Of a DNA stretch of 64,000 nucleotides, positions 1-8,298 are shown one piece after another. Position numbers and translations under genes: made by a program. The stretch is from Acidimicrobiia bacterium. GTDB taxonomy: Bacteria; Actinomycetota; Acidimicrobiia; Spongiisociales; UBA5794. The stretch is taken from assembly GCA_030431785.1 (NCBI GenBank), contig JAUIIM010000003.1, positions 23,031-87,030 on the forward strand, written 5' to 3'. The notes under the pieces are model-generated. The model made no database searches and was not told the origin of the DNA. It worked only from the letters and a program-made list of their open reading frames with translations. Position 1 is the stretch's first letter. Each line of letters starts with the position of its first letter.

Positions 1-1268
1 CTATCCATGGAGATGTTGATCGTGGTCGAGTCGCCCGGCTCCAGCGTCCCGCCGACATCCCCGACAGCGTACGGGCCGGAACCAATCGATGCCGACCACG
101 ATGTCGGCTGATCACCTTCGTTCGTCAGGAGGATCGCAACGCTCGCCCTGGTCGAACCAAAGTCGATTGACGACTGACTGACCGTCAGATCGGACGGGCC
201 GGGAACCGTAGTCGGAGGGGCCTCTTCCGATGGGTCCTCGGGTGAGGGGGCATCTCCTGGTGCTGGTGGAGCGTTGACGTCGGGGGCGTCCTCTGGATTC
301 GTCGATGTGGTCGAGCCCATCGTCGTCGATGAAGTCAGCGTCACCGGTTCACCGACCGGCGGCTCGGTCTCGTTCGCCGCCGACCAGATGACGCCGCCGA
401 CGAGGAGAGCGACGACTGCGGCGATCGTCGCGATGGCTGCCTTGACGGCCGTCGTCACCCCTGTAGAGGTCGTCGCTGGTGATGCAAGCGAAGCCGTTGC
501 CTTCGCAAGAACCTTGTCGCGCAACGCTTCGGGCGCCGGGATGAAGATGACACTCGGGAGCAGAGCCGCAGGGGAAGCCAAGAGCGCACGGTTCTCCGTG
601 CAGACGTCGCAGGACTCGACGTGCCGTGTCACCTTCGACCGGACATCGAGATCGAAACGGCCGTCCCAACCGTCGAGGAGGCTTGCCAACTCGGCGCAGT
701 CATCCTGACCCCTACGAGCGATGAGGAGCGCACCGAGCGCCTTCTCGACGCGGTCCCGCATCCGAGACAACATCACGTGGAGATGTGACGTCTTGACGCC
801 CATTGCCTCCGCGAGATCGTCGCCGTCGAGCCCCTCGACGAGATGAAGGGTCATGAGGTCTCGGTCTCGATCCTGGAGCCCGGCCACTGCTGACCAGACG
901 AGTTCCTTGAGTTCTTCCTGAGCGAGCCCGTAGGACGGATCCGGGTCGGAGACGAGCTCCTCACTGAGGTCGTCGACCGGCTGTGTCTTCGCTCGTTTTC
1001 GGCCCTCGGCGTTGGCCTCGTTCCGTGCGATCGAGAAGAGCCAGGGCCGGAGCTTCGCCGGATCTCGCAACTGCGAAAGCTTGGTGGCGGCGCGAACGAA
1101 CGTGTCCTGCGTCGCATCGGCCGCGGAGTGGGGGTCACGCAACATGACGAAGCAGTACGAGTGCAGCCGGTCGGCATAGCGGTCGTAGATCGCAGCGAAC
1201 GCGGCGGACTCTCCGGCGAGCGATCGCTCCACCAGCTGGGCATCGGTTTGGGTTGAGTAGTTCTCCAT
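1..1268 (-). CDS. ECF-type RNA polymerase sigma factor fused in-frame to a ZAS-like anti-sigma segment, one TM helix and an extracytoplasmic domain (C-terminus beyond window start)
   Basis: Hand translation of the minus strand from ATG 1268: MENYSTQTDAQLVERSLAGESAAFAAIYDRYADRLHSYCFVMLRDPHSAADATQDTFVRAA (sigma region 2) ... LQDRDRDLMTLHLVEGLDGDDLAEAMGVKTSHLHVMLSRMRDRV (region 4). The frame stays open through HVESCDVC (H-x3-C-x2-C), a hydrophobic AVKAAIATIAAVVALLVGGVIW segment and an S/T/P-rich region to position 1. Absent from the ORF track because there is no stop in the window. Confidence 0.8.
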   Translation of the reverse strand, partial: MENYSTQTDAQLVERSLAGESAAFAAIYDRYADRLHSYCFVMLRDPHSAADATQDTFVRAATKLSQLRDPAKLRPWLFSIARNEANAEGRKRAKTQPVDDLSEELVSDPDPSYGLAQEELKELVWSAVAGLQDRDRDLMTLHLVEGLDGDDLAEAMGVKTSHLHVMLSRMRDRVEKALGALLIARRGQDDCAELASLLDGWDGRFDLDVRSKVTRHVESCDVCTENRALLASPAALLPSVIFIPAPEALRDKVLAKATASLASPATTSTGVTTAVKAAIATIAAVVALLVGGVIWSAANETEPPVGEPVTLTSSTTMGSTTSTNPEDAPDVNAPPAPGDAPSPEDPSEEAPPTTVPGPSDLTVSQSSIDFGSTRASVAILLTNEGDQPTSWSASIGSGPYAVGDVGGTLEPGDSTTINISMD

Positions 1269-1311
1269 ACACATAGGAACGATGCGTCCCACCCCCGATT
1301 CTTACACCCCA
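1269..1311 (-). promoter_or_regulatory. Candidate promoter/operator copy abutting the sigma gene ATG (possible leaderless, ECF-like AAGAAT-N16-CGTT)
   Basis: Minus strand reads TGGGGTGTAAGAATCGGGGGTGGGACGCATCGTTCCTATGTGT followed directly by ATG. Shares three blocks in identical register with 1583-1625. Confidence 0.35.
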
Positions 1312-1319
1312 GCTGGCCA

Positions 1320-1538
1320 GATCACGGATCACAGATCACAGATCACAGATCACAGCCTTGGGCCTTGGGCCTTGAGCCGTGAGCCGTGAGCCGGAGCGGG
1401 TACTGGTCGGAGCTCGGGGATCGGATGGTCGGAGATCGCCGCAGACGCGGATCCATGATCCATCATCGATGATCGGAGAGCGGAGCTCCTGGCTCCTGGC
1501 TCCTCGTCACGAGATCGGAGATCGGAGATCGGAGATCG
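1320..1538. repeat. Array of consecutive 7-nt tandem repeats with changing unit sequence
   Basis: GATCAC(G/A) x5 (1320-1354), GCCTTGG x3 (1355-1375), GCCGTGA x3 (1376-1396), GATCCAT x2 (1450-1463), GCTCCTG x3 (1485-1505), GAGATCG x4 (1511-1538). Degenerate heptamers lie between them. Confidence 0.9.
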
Positions 1539-1582
1539 TCCCCAACCGGTCTGCCGCAGACGGTCCGAAAGAAATCCTGGAG

Positions 1583-1625
1583 TGGGGTGTAAGAGTTCCT
1601 CGGGTGGTGCATCTCTCCTGTGTCC
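1583..1625 (+). promoter_or_regulatory. Second, inverted copy of the candidate promoter/operator, facing the 1663 gene
   Basis: TGGGGTGTAAGAGTTCCTCGGGTGGTGCATCTCTCCTGTGTCC. 28/43 ungapped identity to the minus-strand copy at 1269-1311, with blocks TGGGGTGTAAGA, GCATC and TCCTnTGT at the same spacing. Confidence 0.35.
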
Positions 1626-1662
1626 GGAACACGCCGGACCGAAGTGAAACGGGAGAATCCAC

Positions 1663-2577
1663 ATGACCGACCAGACCCCCCAGACCCCGACCACCAACCG
1701 GTGGCAGTACGCGTTGTTCGCCGCAGGCATCGTCCTCGCAGCCGCTCTCGCTGCGATCGCGATCGCAGCGAACAGCTCAGCAAGCGAGCCCACCCCAACC
1801 GACGAGCCAGTCGCGATCACGTCCACGACGACAACGACCACGGTGGCCCCCGATTCCGATCTCGACATCGAAGACGATGCCCCACTCGGGCCCACACCCA
1901 GCGAAGAAGAGGCAGACTCGCCTGAGGTCGAGGAAGAGCCAGCGCCCGAACCCGAGCCAGAGCCCGAACCGGAACCGGACCCCTCGCCCGCCGAACTGGT
2001 CGTGCCCGAATCCCTCGATCTTGAGGACGATGACACGGCGATCCTCACGATCGCAAACGACGGTGACCTGCCGATGGACATCTTCAGCATCTCGTCCGAT
2101 TTCGCAGGATTCAGTGTCAACGGTCCCGGCAACCTGGTTGAAGGCGGTGCGCATCTCGACTTCGGAGTCTCTGTGGACGACAGCATCCTCCCCTGGGGTG
2201 AGTACACGGTGTATGTGGACGTCTCGACGAGCGCCGGCGACGCAGTTGTCGAGCTGCACGGCTTCAAGGAACTCCAGGTTCTGCTCCTCGACTACGACGT
2301 CGAGGTCGTGACCCCGGCGCTGTTCGTGCCACACGGCTACCCATGGGCGACGATCCAGATCATGAACAACGAGGACTTCGAGGTGAACCTCAACATCGAT
2401 GAGGACCACGCACGCCTCACGAGCCCCGACTACATCACGCTCGACCCCGGCATGAATGAGCTCAAGCTGCCGATCGCGATGTGGGCGGTCGATCCCCTCA
2501 CCGTCATGCAGATGCAGGTCGACCTGTCCTGGCTCATCGGACAGCAGACCGTCACGATCACGAAGATGGGGATGTAG
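1663..2577 (+). CDS. Membrane-anchored hypothetical protein (N-terminal TM, T-rich and PE-repeat linker, beta-rich C-terminal domains)
   Basis: 304 aa ORF with GGGAGA RBS 7 nt upstream. TM YALFAAGIVLAAALAAIAIAA, then (EP)n linker. No family recognised. Confidence 0.7.
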   Translation: MTDQTPQTPTTNRWQYALFAAGIVLAAALAAIAIAANSSASEPTPTDEPVAITSTTTTTTVAPDSDLDIEDDAPLGPTPSEEEADSPEVEEEPAPEPEPEPEPEPDPSPAELVVPESLDLEDDDTAILTIANDGDLPMDIFSISSDFAGFSVNGPGNLVEGGAHLDFGVSVDDSILPWGEYTVYVDVSTSAGDAVVELHGFKELQVLLLDYDVEVVTPALFVPHGYPWATIQIMNNEDFEVNLNIDEDHARLTSPDYITLDPGMNELKLPIAMWAVDPLTVMQMQVDLSWLIGQQTVTITKMGM

Positions 2578-2601
2578 CCCAATCCCGATCGACGGAGCAA
2601 G

Positions 2602-2631
2602 AGAGCCCCGACTCCCCGGAGTCGGGGCTCT
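2602..2631. terminator. Bidirectional hairpin between convergent genes
   Basis: AGAGCCCCGACTCC-CC-GGAGTCGGGGCTCT, perfect 14-bp palindrome arms. Confidence 0.6.
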
Positions 2632-2694
2632 TGCGCGTCAACGACAGCGGTGCGGCGGTCGCTGCGGGACTCCAATCGCTCGGGGAAAAATCGC

Positions 2695-3927
2695 TCAGAT
2701 CGGGTCGCGCAACACGGGACAGGTCATGCAATGCCCACCACCCCGACCGCGACCGAGTTCACCACCCGCGATCTCAAGTACGGTGATGCCAGCCTTGCGC
2801 AACTGCGCGTTCGTCCATTCGTTGCGGCGATAGGCAACGACGACGCCCGGTTCGAGAGCGACGACGTTGTTCCCGTCGTCCCACTGCTCACGCTCCTGCT
2901 GGAAGACGTCCCCACCCGTTTGCACCACCCGGAGCTGGTCGATCCCCATCGCCTTCTGGACGACCGTGAGCCAGTCGTCGGTCTCTTCGACGACCTCGAT
3001 GCCACCATCCCCCGGGTAGTAGCTCACCGGTTTGATCTGATCGATCACCGGTTGGTAGACAGTCACGAGGTCGCGATCACAGAACGTGAACACCGTGTCG
3101 AGGTGCATCGACGCCCGATCGTGAGGCATCTTCGCCGCGATCACACGGGACGCTGCACCCGCATCGAACAGGGTCTGCGCGACCTGGCCAATGGCCTGGT
3201 AGGTCGTCCGCTCACCCATCCCGATGAGGACGACACCATCGCCGACCGGCATGACATCGCCCCCTTCGATCATCGAGTTGCCTCGGTCGATTCCGGGGGG
3301 ATCCCCCCACCAGATCGAGAAGTCACCGTCGCGGAACGCCGGGTGGAACTTGTAGATCGCCGCGAGGTGGAGGGTCTCCTGCCGACGCGCGGGATAGAAC
3401 ATCGGGTTCAACGTGACGCCTCCGTAGATCCAGCAGGAGCTGTCACGCGTGAACAATTGATTCGGGAGCGGAGGGACGACGAACTCGTTCGTCCCCCATG
3501 CCTTCGCCAGGGTCCCACCGAAGTCCGAAGGAAGCTCGCTGACGGTCACTCCGCCGATGAGGTGATCGACGAGGTTGGTCGGATCCATCTCGTCCATCCA
3601 TGCCCGGAGTTCCGTGGCACCGAGAACACCGATTTCATCCGTCGTCAGCTTCCGATCGAGGATGTAGGAGCGGCCCTCGGGTTGCGCCACCACGTCGGCA
3701 AGCAGTTCGTGGACTCGCATGACCTCGATGTCGAAGTCGTCACGCATCAAGTCGACGAATGCGTCGTGCTCCTCACCCGCTCGTCTTGCCCAGATCACGT
3801 CGTCGAAGAGGAGGTCTGATGCATTCGTCGGCGTGAGGCGACGCATCTCGCGCCCGGGACGATGGACGATCACCCGACGGAGCTTGCCAACCTCAGAATG
3901 GACACCGAACTGCGATTCCGTAGACAT
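2695..3927 (-). CDS. arcA: Arginine deiminase
   Basis: 410 aa. N-terminus FGVHSEVGKLRRVIVHRPG and C-terminal GGGHCMTCP catalytic-Cys motif are typical of ADI. Confidence 0.95.
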   Translation of the reverse strand: MSTESQFGVHSEVGKLRRVIVHRPGREMRRLTPTNASDLLFDDVIWARRAGEEHDAFVDLMRDDFDIEVMRVHELLADVVAQPEGRSYILDRKLTTDEIGVLGATELRAWMDEMDPTNLVDHLIGGVTVSELPSDFGGTLAKAWGTNEFVVPPLPNQLFTRDSSCWIYGGVTLNPMFYPARRQETLHLAAIYKFHPAFRDGDFSIWWGDPPGIDRGNSMIEGGDVMPVGDGVVLIGMGERTTYQAIGQVAQTLFDAGAASRVIAAKMPHDRASMHLDTVFTFCDRDLVTVYQPVIDQIKPVSYYPGDGGIEVVEETDDWLTVVQKAMGIDQLRVVQTGGDVFQQEREQWDDGNNVVALEPGVVVAYRRNEWTNAQLRKAGITVLEIAGGELGRGRGGGHCMTCPVLRDPI

Positions 3928-4049
3928 AGCGCAAACTCTAGAGGGAGGTGGTCATGCTGCGTTGGCGAAGTGCTGGAGTGTCGGGCATCGGATGTCGGAC
4001 GGTCGGACTTTCACCCCCTTGGATGCCCGCTGTCTCGTAACCTGCCGTC

Positions 4050-4994
4050 ATGAGAATCGTGGTTGCACTCGGAGGCAATGCACTCCTTCGACGTGGCGAG
4101 ACATTGTCCATCGAGAACCAACGGACGAACGTCCGGCGTGCCTGCGATCACCTCGCGCCGATCGCCGCTGAGCACGAACTCGTCATCTCACATGGGAACG
4201 GACCGCAGGTTGGTCTCCTGGCCATGCAAGCTGCGGCCTTCGCCGGTGCACCACCGGCACCCTTGGATGTCCTCGATGCCCAGACGCAAGGAATGATCGG
4301 CTATCTGATCGAGCAGGAGCTCGGCAACCGGCTCCCGTTCGAAAAGCCACTGGCGACCCTCCTCACGATGATCGAGGTCGACCCGACCGACCCTGCATTT
4401 GCGCATCCGACCAAACCGATCGGACCGTTCTACGCAAAGGAGGCAGCCGAGCAGCTGTCCACCGAGTTCGGCTGGTCATTCGCCGAGATCGAAGGTGACT
4501 TCCGGCGCGTTGTCCCCTCCCCCCGTCCTCGCCGCATCTTCGAACTGGCACAGATCCGCTGGATGCTCGACCACGGGGCCGTCGTGATCTGCGCAGGCGG
4601 TGGCGGGATCCCGACCGCCTATGTCGAGAATGGGCAGCTCGAAGGGGTCGAAGCCGTTATCGACAAAGATTTCGCAACCGGGCTCCTCGCCCACGACCTG
4701 AATGCCGATCGATTCGTGATGGCGACCGATGCAGACGCTGTCTACGAGAACTGGGGTACGGATGTCGCCCGCCCCATCGCCCGAGCCCATCCGGATGCCC
4801 TGTTCGAACGTCGGGACGAGTTCCCCGAGGGCTCGATGCAACCCAAGGTCGTGGCCGCGTGCGAGTTCACCGCAGCGAGCGGTATGCCGTCTGCGATCGG
4901 GGCACTCGAAGACATCGACCGTCTCATCACCGGAGAGGCAGGGACCGTCGTGACGGTCGATGTGGACGGTGTCGTGTACGGACCACAGGCGTGA
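4050..4994 (+). CDS. arcC: Carbamate kinase
   Basis: 314 aa. MRIVVALGGNALL ... HGNGPQVG motifs. Confidence 0.95.
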   Translation: MRIVVALGGNALLRRGETLSIENQRTNVRRACDHLAPIAAEHELVISHGNGPQVGLLAMQAAAFAGAPPAPLDVLDAQTQGMIGYLIEQELGNRLPFEKPLATLLTMIEVDPTDPAFAHPTKPIGPFYAKEAAEQLSTEFGWSFAEIEGDFRRVVPSPRPRRIFELAQIRWMLDHGAVVICAGGGGIPTAYVENGQLEGVEAVIDKDFATGLLAHDLNADRFVMATDADAVYENWGTDVARPIARAHPDALFERRDEFPEGSMQPKVVAACEFTAASGMPSAIGALEDIDRLITGEAGTVVTVDVDGVVYGPQA

Positions 4995-5021
4995 GAACAT
5001 GACGGTGACGAGGAGGATTCC

Positions 5022-6023
5022 ATGACATCACCGCTTTCCGGTCGATCCTTCGTGAAAGAGGTCGATCACACCCCCGACGAGTTGCGCTACCTGCTCGGCC
5101 TGTCCTCGGCGCTGAAGTCTGCGAAGGCGAACGGAACCGAGGAGCGGCACCTCACAGGAAAGAGCGTCGCGCTGCTCTTCGAGAAGACATCAACCCGGAC
5201 TCGGGCTGCGTTCGAGGTTGCGGCCTACGACCAGGGTGCCCACGTCACCTACTTCGATCCTTCCGGTTCCCAGATGGGACACAAGGAATCGATCGCCGAT
5301 ACCGGTCGGGTGCTCGGTCGCATGTATGACGCCATCCAGTATCGGGGGGAACGTCAGGTCGACATCGAAGAGCTCGCCAGGACGGCCGGAGTACCTGTGT
5401 ACAACGGTCTCACGGATGAATGGCATCCGACGCAGATGCTCGCCGACTTCCTCACGATGCATGAGGAGAGTGGCAAGGATTACTCAGACCTGAGCTATGC
5501 GTTCGTTGGTGACTGTCGATTCAACATGGCACGCAGCCACGTCGTCACGGCGGCACTCCTCGGGAGCGATATTCGTCTGGCCTCGCCGGGTTCCTACGCC
5601 CCACCTCCGGAGGTGCTCGAGATGGCGCACGACATCGCCGCCACGACCGGCGCCTCGATCACCGTCACCGAGGATGTCGACGAGGCAGTCAAGGGTGTCG
5701 ATTTCGTCCACACGGACGTGTGGGTATCGATGGGTGAACCGAAGGGCGTCTGGTCGGGCCGGGTCGAGGCGCTCCGTGCGTATCAGGTGAACACGCCGCT
5801 GATGCGGGCGACGGGCAACGATGCTGCCAAGTTCATGCACTGCCTCCCGGCCTTCCACGACGCCAACACGAAGGTCGGCGCCGAGATGATCGCCCATACC
5901 GGCATGACCGACGGTCTGGAGGTCACCGACGAAGTCTTCGAGTCCGACGCCTCCGTCGTCTTCCCCCAAGCCGAAAACCGCCTCCACACCATCAAAGCAA
6001 TCCTGGTCGCAACCCTCACCTAG
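5022..6023 (+). CDS. arcB: Ornithine carbamoyltransferase (catabolic context)
   Basis: 333 aa. FEKTSTRTR carbamoyl-phosphate motif, HPTQ, HCLP. Follows arcC by 27 nt. Confidence 0.95.
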   Translation: MTSPLSGRSFVKEVDHTPDELRYLLGLSSALKSAKANGTEERHLTGKSVALLFEKTSTRTRAAFEVAAYDQGAHVTYFDPSGSQMGHKESIADTGRVLGRMYDAIQYRGERQVDIEELARTAGVPVYNGLTDEWHPTQMLADFLTMHEESGKDYSDLSYAFVGDCRFNMARSHVVTAALLGSDIRLASPGSYAPPPEVLEMAHDIAATTGASITVTEDVDEAVKGVDFVHTDVWVSMGEPKGVWSGRVEALRAYQVNTPLMRATGNDAAKFMHCLPAFHDANTKVGAEMIAHTGMTDGLEVTDEVFESDASVVFPQAENRLHTIKAILVATLT

Positions 6024-6035
6024 TTGCTTCCGCAG

Positions 6036-6200
6036 CCCCGGGTTGAACCCAGGGCTGCCAGTGTTCCTGAGAACACCTGGAGCCCTCAGTTCGTCAGAAA
6101 TCCGACCTTCTCCCGCTGAACGGTGGCAACCCCGGGTTGAACCCAGGGCTGTCAGTGTTCCTGACGACACCTGGAGCCCCGGGTTGAGCCCTGGGTTGCA
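6036..6200. repeat. REP/MITE-like intergenic repeat: two 50-nt copies plus a partial third
   Basis: 6036-6085 and 6130-6179 are 47/50 identical (CCCCGGGTTGAACCCAGGGCTGyCAGTGTTCCTGAsrACACCTGGAGCCC). Each is predicted to fold into two imperfect hairpins. A partial copy starts at 6177. Confidence 0.85.
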
Positions 6201-6238
6201 TCAGCAACGTCCCACCCGGGCTCGCCTACGCTGGCGGG

Positions 6239-7405
6239 ATGCCCAATGTTCGACATGTGCTTCGTGCGGTTTCTGGGGCGTTTGTGGTGCTCGGGATCGG
6301 GATGGCGATCACCGCGGTTGCCTGGCCGTCGATCGCAGAAGACCTCGACCTCCCGATCGCCGACCTCGGGATCCTGACTCTCATGTACGGCGCCGGCTAC
6401 ACCACCGCGACGCTGAGCAGCGGATGGATTGCAGAGCGCCTTCGGAGCGGTCACGCATTCATCGCTGGGGCTGGCGCCGCCGGGTTGGGATGCCTCCTCG
6501 GTGCAGGTGCGCCGTCGTGGTACCTGCTGCTCGTGGCGATGCCAGTCTTCGGGTTCGGAGCGGGCACGTTCGACGCCGCCGCAAACTCATACGTCGCCGT
6601 CCGCGGAAGCCAGAGGGAGATGGGGACGATCCACGGCCTCTTTGGTGTGGGGGCGATCATCGGCCCCCTTCTCGTCACTGGGCTCCTCACGATCGGGCTT
6701 TCCTGGCGCGTGTCGTTCCTCACCGTCGGACTTCTGTTCGTCGGAGCCGCCGTGACGATGGCCGTCGTCGCCAACGATGCGGCGATACCGACGAAGAAAT
6801 CGACCGGGGCTACCGGTCGTCTGCGCGTCACCTCACCGTTCGTGTGGTCGCTCCTCACGTTCTTCTTCTACTCGGGGATCGCTGCCACGACCGGCGTGTG
6901 GGCGTTCACCTACCTGACCGAACAACGGGGTATCGATCCGGGCTTCGGTGGTCTCATCGTTGCGTCGTACTGGGCGGCCTTCGCAGCGAGTCGATTCCTC
7001 CTCGGAACGGTCAGCGAACGGATGGAGCAACGTCGGACACTGCGGTATGCGATGATCCTCACCGTCGTTGGATACTTTGCGTTCTGGCTCTCGCCGTGGC
7101 CCGTCGCATCCGTCCTCGCATTGATCGTTGCCGGGTTCGCCCACGGACCGTTCTTCCCGATCGAACTCCTGGAGACGCGTGAACGGTTCGGGACGGTGCG
7201 GGCCCCCGCGGTCATCGGCTACCAGATCGGTGGCGTGAACATCGGTGGAGCGATCATCCCTGCAGGTGTCGGGCTCCTCGTCAGCGTCTGGGATCTCACC
7301 GTCGTTCCCCCTGTGCTCGCTCTGTTCGCAGTGCTCACGTTCGGAGCTACCGAAAAGCTCAACACGACCCAGCCGCCCGCCACGGTCGAACGCCCGGTCA
7401 GCTGA
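6239..7405 (+). CDS. MFS transporter
   Basis: 388 aa, about 12 hydrophobic segments, MFS-like N-terminal organisation. Confidence 0.85.
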   Translation: MPNVRHVLRAVSGAFVVLGIGMAITAVAWPSIAEDLDLPIADLGILTLMYGAGYTTATLSSGWIAERLRSGHAFIAGAGAAGLGCLLGAGAPSWYLLLVAMPVFGFGAGTFDAAANSYVAVRGSQREMGTIHGLFGVGAIIGPLLVTGLLTIGLSWRVSFLTVGLLFVGAAVTMAVVANDAAIPTKKSTGATGRLRVTSPFVWSLLTFFFYSGIAATTGVWAFTYLTEQRGIDPGFGGLIVASYWAAFAASRFLLGTVSERMEQRRTLRYAMILTVVGYFAFWLSPWPVASVLALIVAGFAHGPFFPIELLETRERFGTVRAPAVIGYQIGGVNIGGAIIPAGVGLLVSVWDLTVVPPVLALFAVLTFGATEKLNTTQPPATVERPVS

Positions 7406-7832
7406 CGCCTTCGAACCAGGCGGCGAAGCTTCCGAGGTTGCGTTGCCAAATCGATCGTAGGATCGGTCGCGCCAGCCGTTCCGTCAACGCACCTCCCACG
7501 ACGAGAGGGAAGTGCAGATCTTCCTCCCATTCGAACTCGGTCCCACCCGGTACGGATCGAAAGCGAAAGCGTCCCGTCCCTTGAACCAAACCGATGTGTA
7601 CGACCTCGATCGTCGACCGCTCCACCCAGTCAGTCACGATCATGATGTCCTCCGTACGGAGCGGACCGACCACGGTCTCGACGAACATCACGGTGCCGAC
7701 GCCGGTGCGTCGTTCACCCTCGAATCGGATCGACTCGGCATCCGCCATCCACTGCTCGTGCGACGCTAGATCGGCGACGGACGCCCACACTTCGTCGATC
7801 GGCGCAGGCACGACGACGGAAACGGTGATCAT
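7398..7832 (-). CDS. SRPBCC (polyketide cyclase/dehydrase-like) family protein
   Basis: Start moved to MITVSVVVPAPIDEVWASVADL, the typical SRPBCC N-terminus. The upstream ORF extension is Arg/Pro-rich. Confidence 0.8.
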   Translation of the reverse strand: MITVSVVVPAPIDEVWASVADLASHEQWMADAESIRFEGERRTGVGTVMFVETVVGPLRTEDIMIVTDWVERSTIEVVHIGLVQGTGRFRFRSVPGGTEFEWEEDLHFPLVVGGALTERLARPILRSIWQRNLGSFAAWFEGVS

Positions 7833-7959
7833 GGTGTGAGGGTATCCGTATCTACTCGGTCGCGGGCGCTCAGGTCCGTGGCGGGCCACAGCGATCCCAG
7901 ACGCGACACGAACCCGGCGCACAAGTCCGGGTCCGAGTCGACTCTTGGACGAGCCAGTG

Positions 7960-8238
7960 TCAGCGGGCGCCCATCTTCTTGATCACGAACGACGATCCCC
8001 ACACGACGATGATCGCACCGATGATGGCGCCGATGATTCCACCGAAGTCGAACTTGTCGGCGTCACCGATCCCGAACACACCGGTGAAGAGCCACCAGCC
8101 GAGCCAGGCACCGGCGAGACCGAGGACGATCGAGACGAGCCACGACACCGGTCCACTCATGTGCGAGAACGCATCATTCGGAACCACTGCACGAGCGATT
8201 GCGCCTGCAACAAGACCGAGCAGGATTGCTCCGATCAT
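7960..8238 (-). CDS. GlsB/YeaQ/YmgE family stress-response membrane protein
   Basis: 92 aa. MIGAILLGLVAGAIA ... GIIGAIIGAIIVV, characteristic of the transglycosylase-associated family. Confidence 0.85.
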   Translation of the reverse strand: MIGAILLGLVAGAIARAVVPNDAFSHMSGPVSWLVSIVLGLAGAWLGWWLFTGVFGIGDADKFDFGGIIGAIIGAIIVVWGSSFVIKKMGAR

Positions 8239-8298
8239 GACAACTCCCTCTCTTCGGAGGCCCCGATCCTATCACCGGGACCTCCAGGATTCCGGGCC

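Noticed and set aside
274-708. ORFs 274..708 (+) and 349..669 (-) at the left edge.
   Set aside because: They overlap the continuous minus-strand sigma/anti-sigma reading frame, which has clear sigma-70 region 2/4 and ZAS motifs. Their translations are low-complexity or Arg-rich, typical of off-frame shadows in high-GC DNA.
1320-1538. Possibility that the tandem repeats are a CRISPR array.
   Set aside because: The period is 7 nt with no unique spacers, no 25-40 nt repeats and no cas genes anywhere in the window.
1350-2267. 305-aa minus-strand ORF and several 95-144 aa ORFs across 1350-2400.
   Set aside because: They run through the heptamer repeat array and antisense to the 1663-2577 gene. 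Their S/G/R-rich compositions have no motifs.
2650-3819. 389-aa plus-strand ORF opposite arcA. Similar long antisense ORFs: 34413..36005, 38130..39533, 43208..44707, 45781..47745, 48958..50325, 50322..51695, 52013..52906, 53817..55406, 26276..27499, 25177..26301, 18013..18915, 22055..22885.
   Set aside because: Each lies antisense or out of frame to a gene with unambiguous family motifs (ADI, ABC, kinase, GH57, GH13, MalF, MalE, TatC, sigma and others). All are Arg/His/Asp/Glu-rich with no recognisable domains, the classic high-GC shadow-ORF pattern.
6043-7182. 379-aa Arg-rich ORF starting inside the REP-like repeats.
   Set aside because: It is out of frame with the MFS transporter, which has a coherent 12-TM hydrophobic pattern. 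It begins inside a repeat element.
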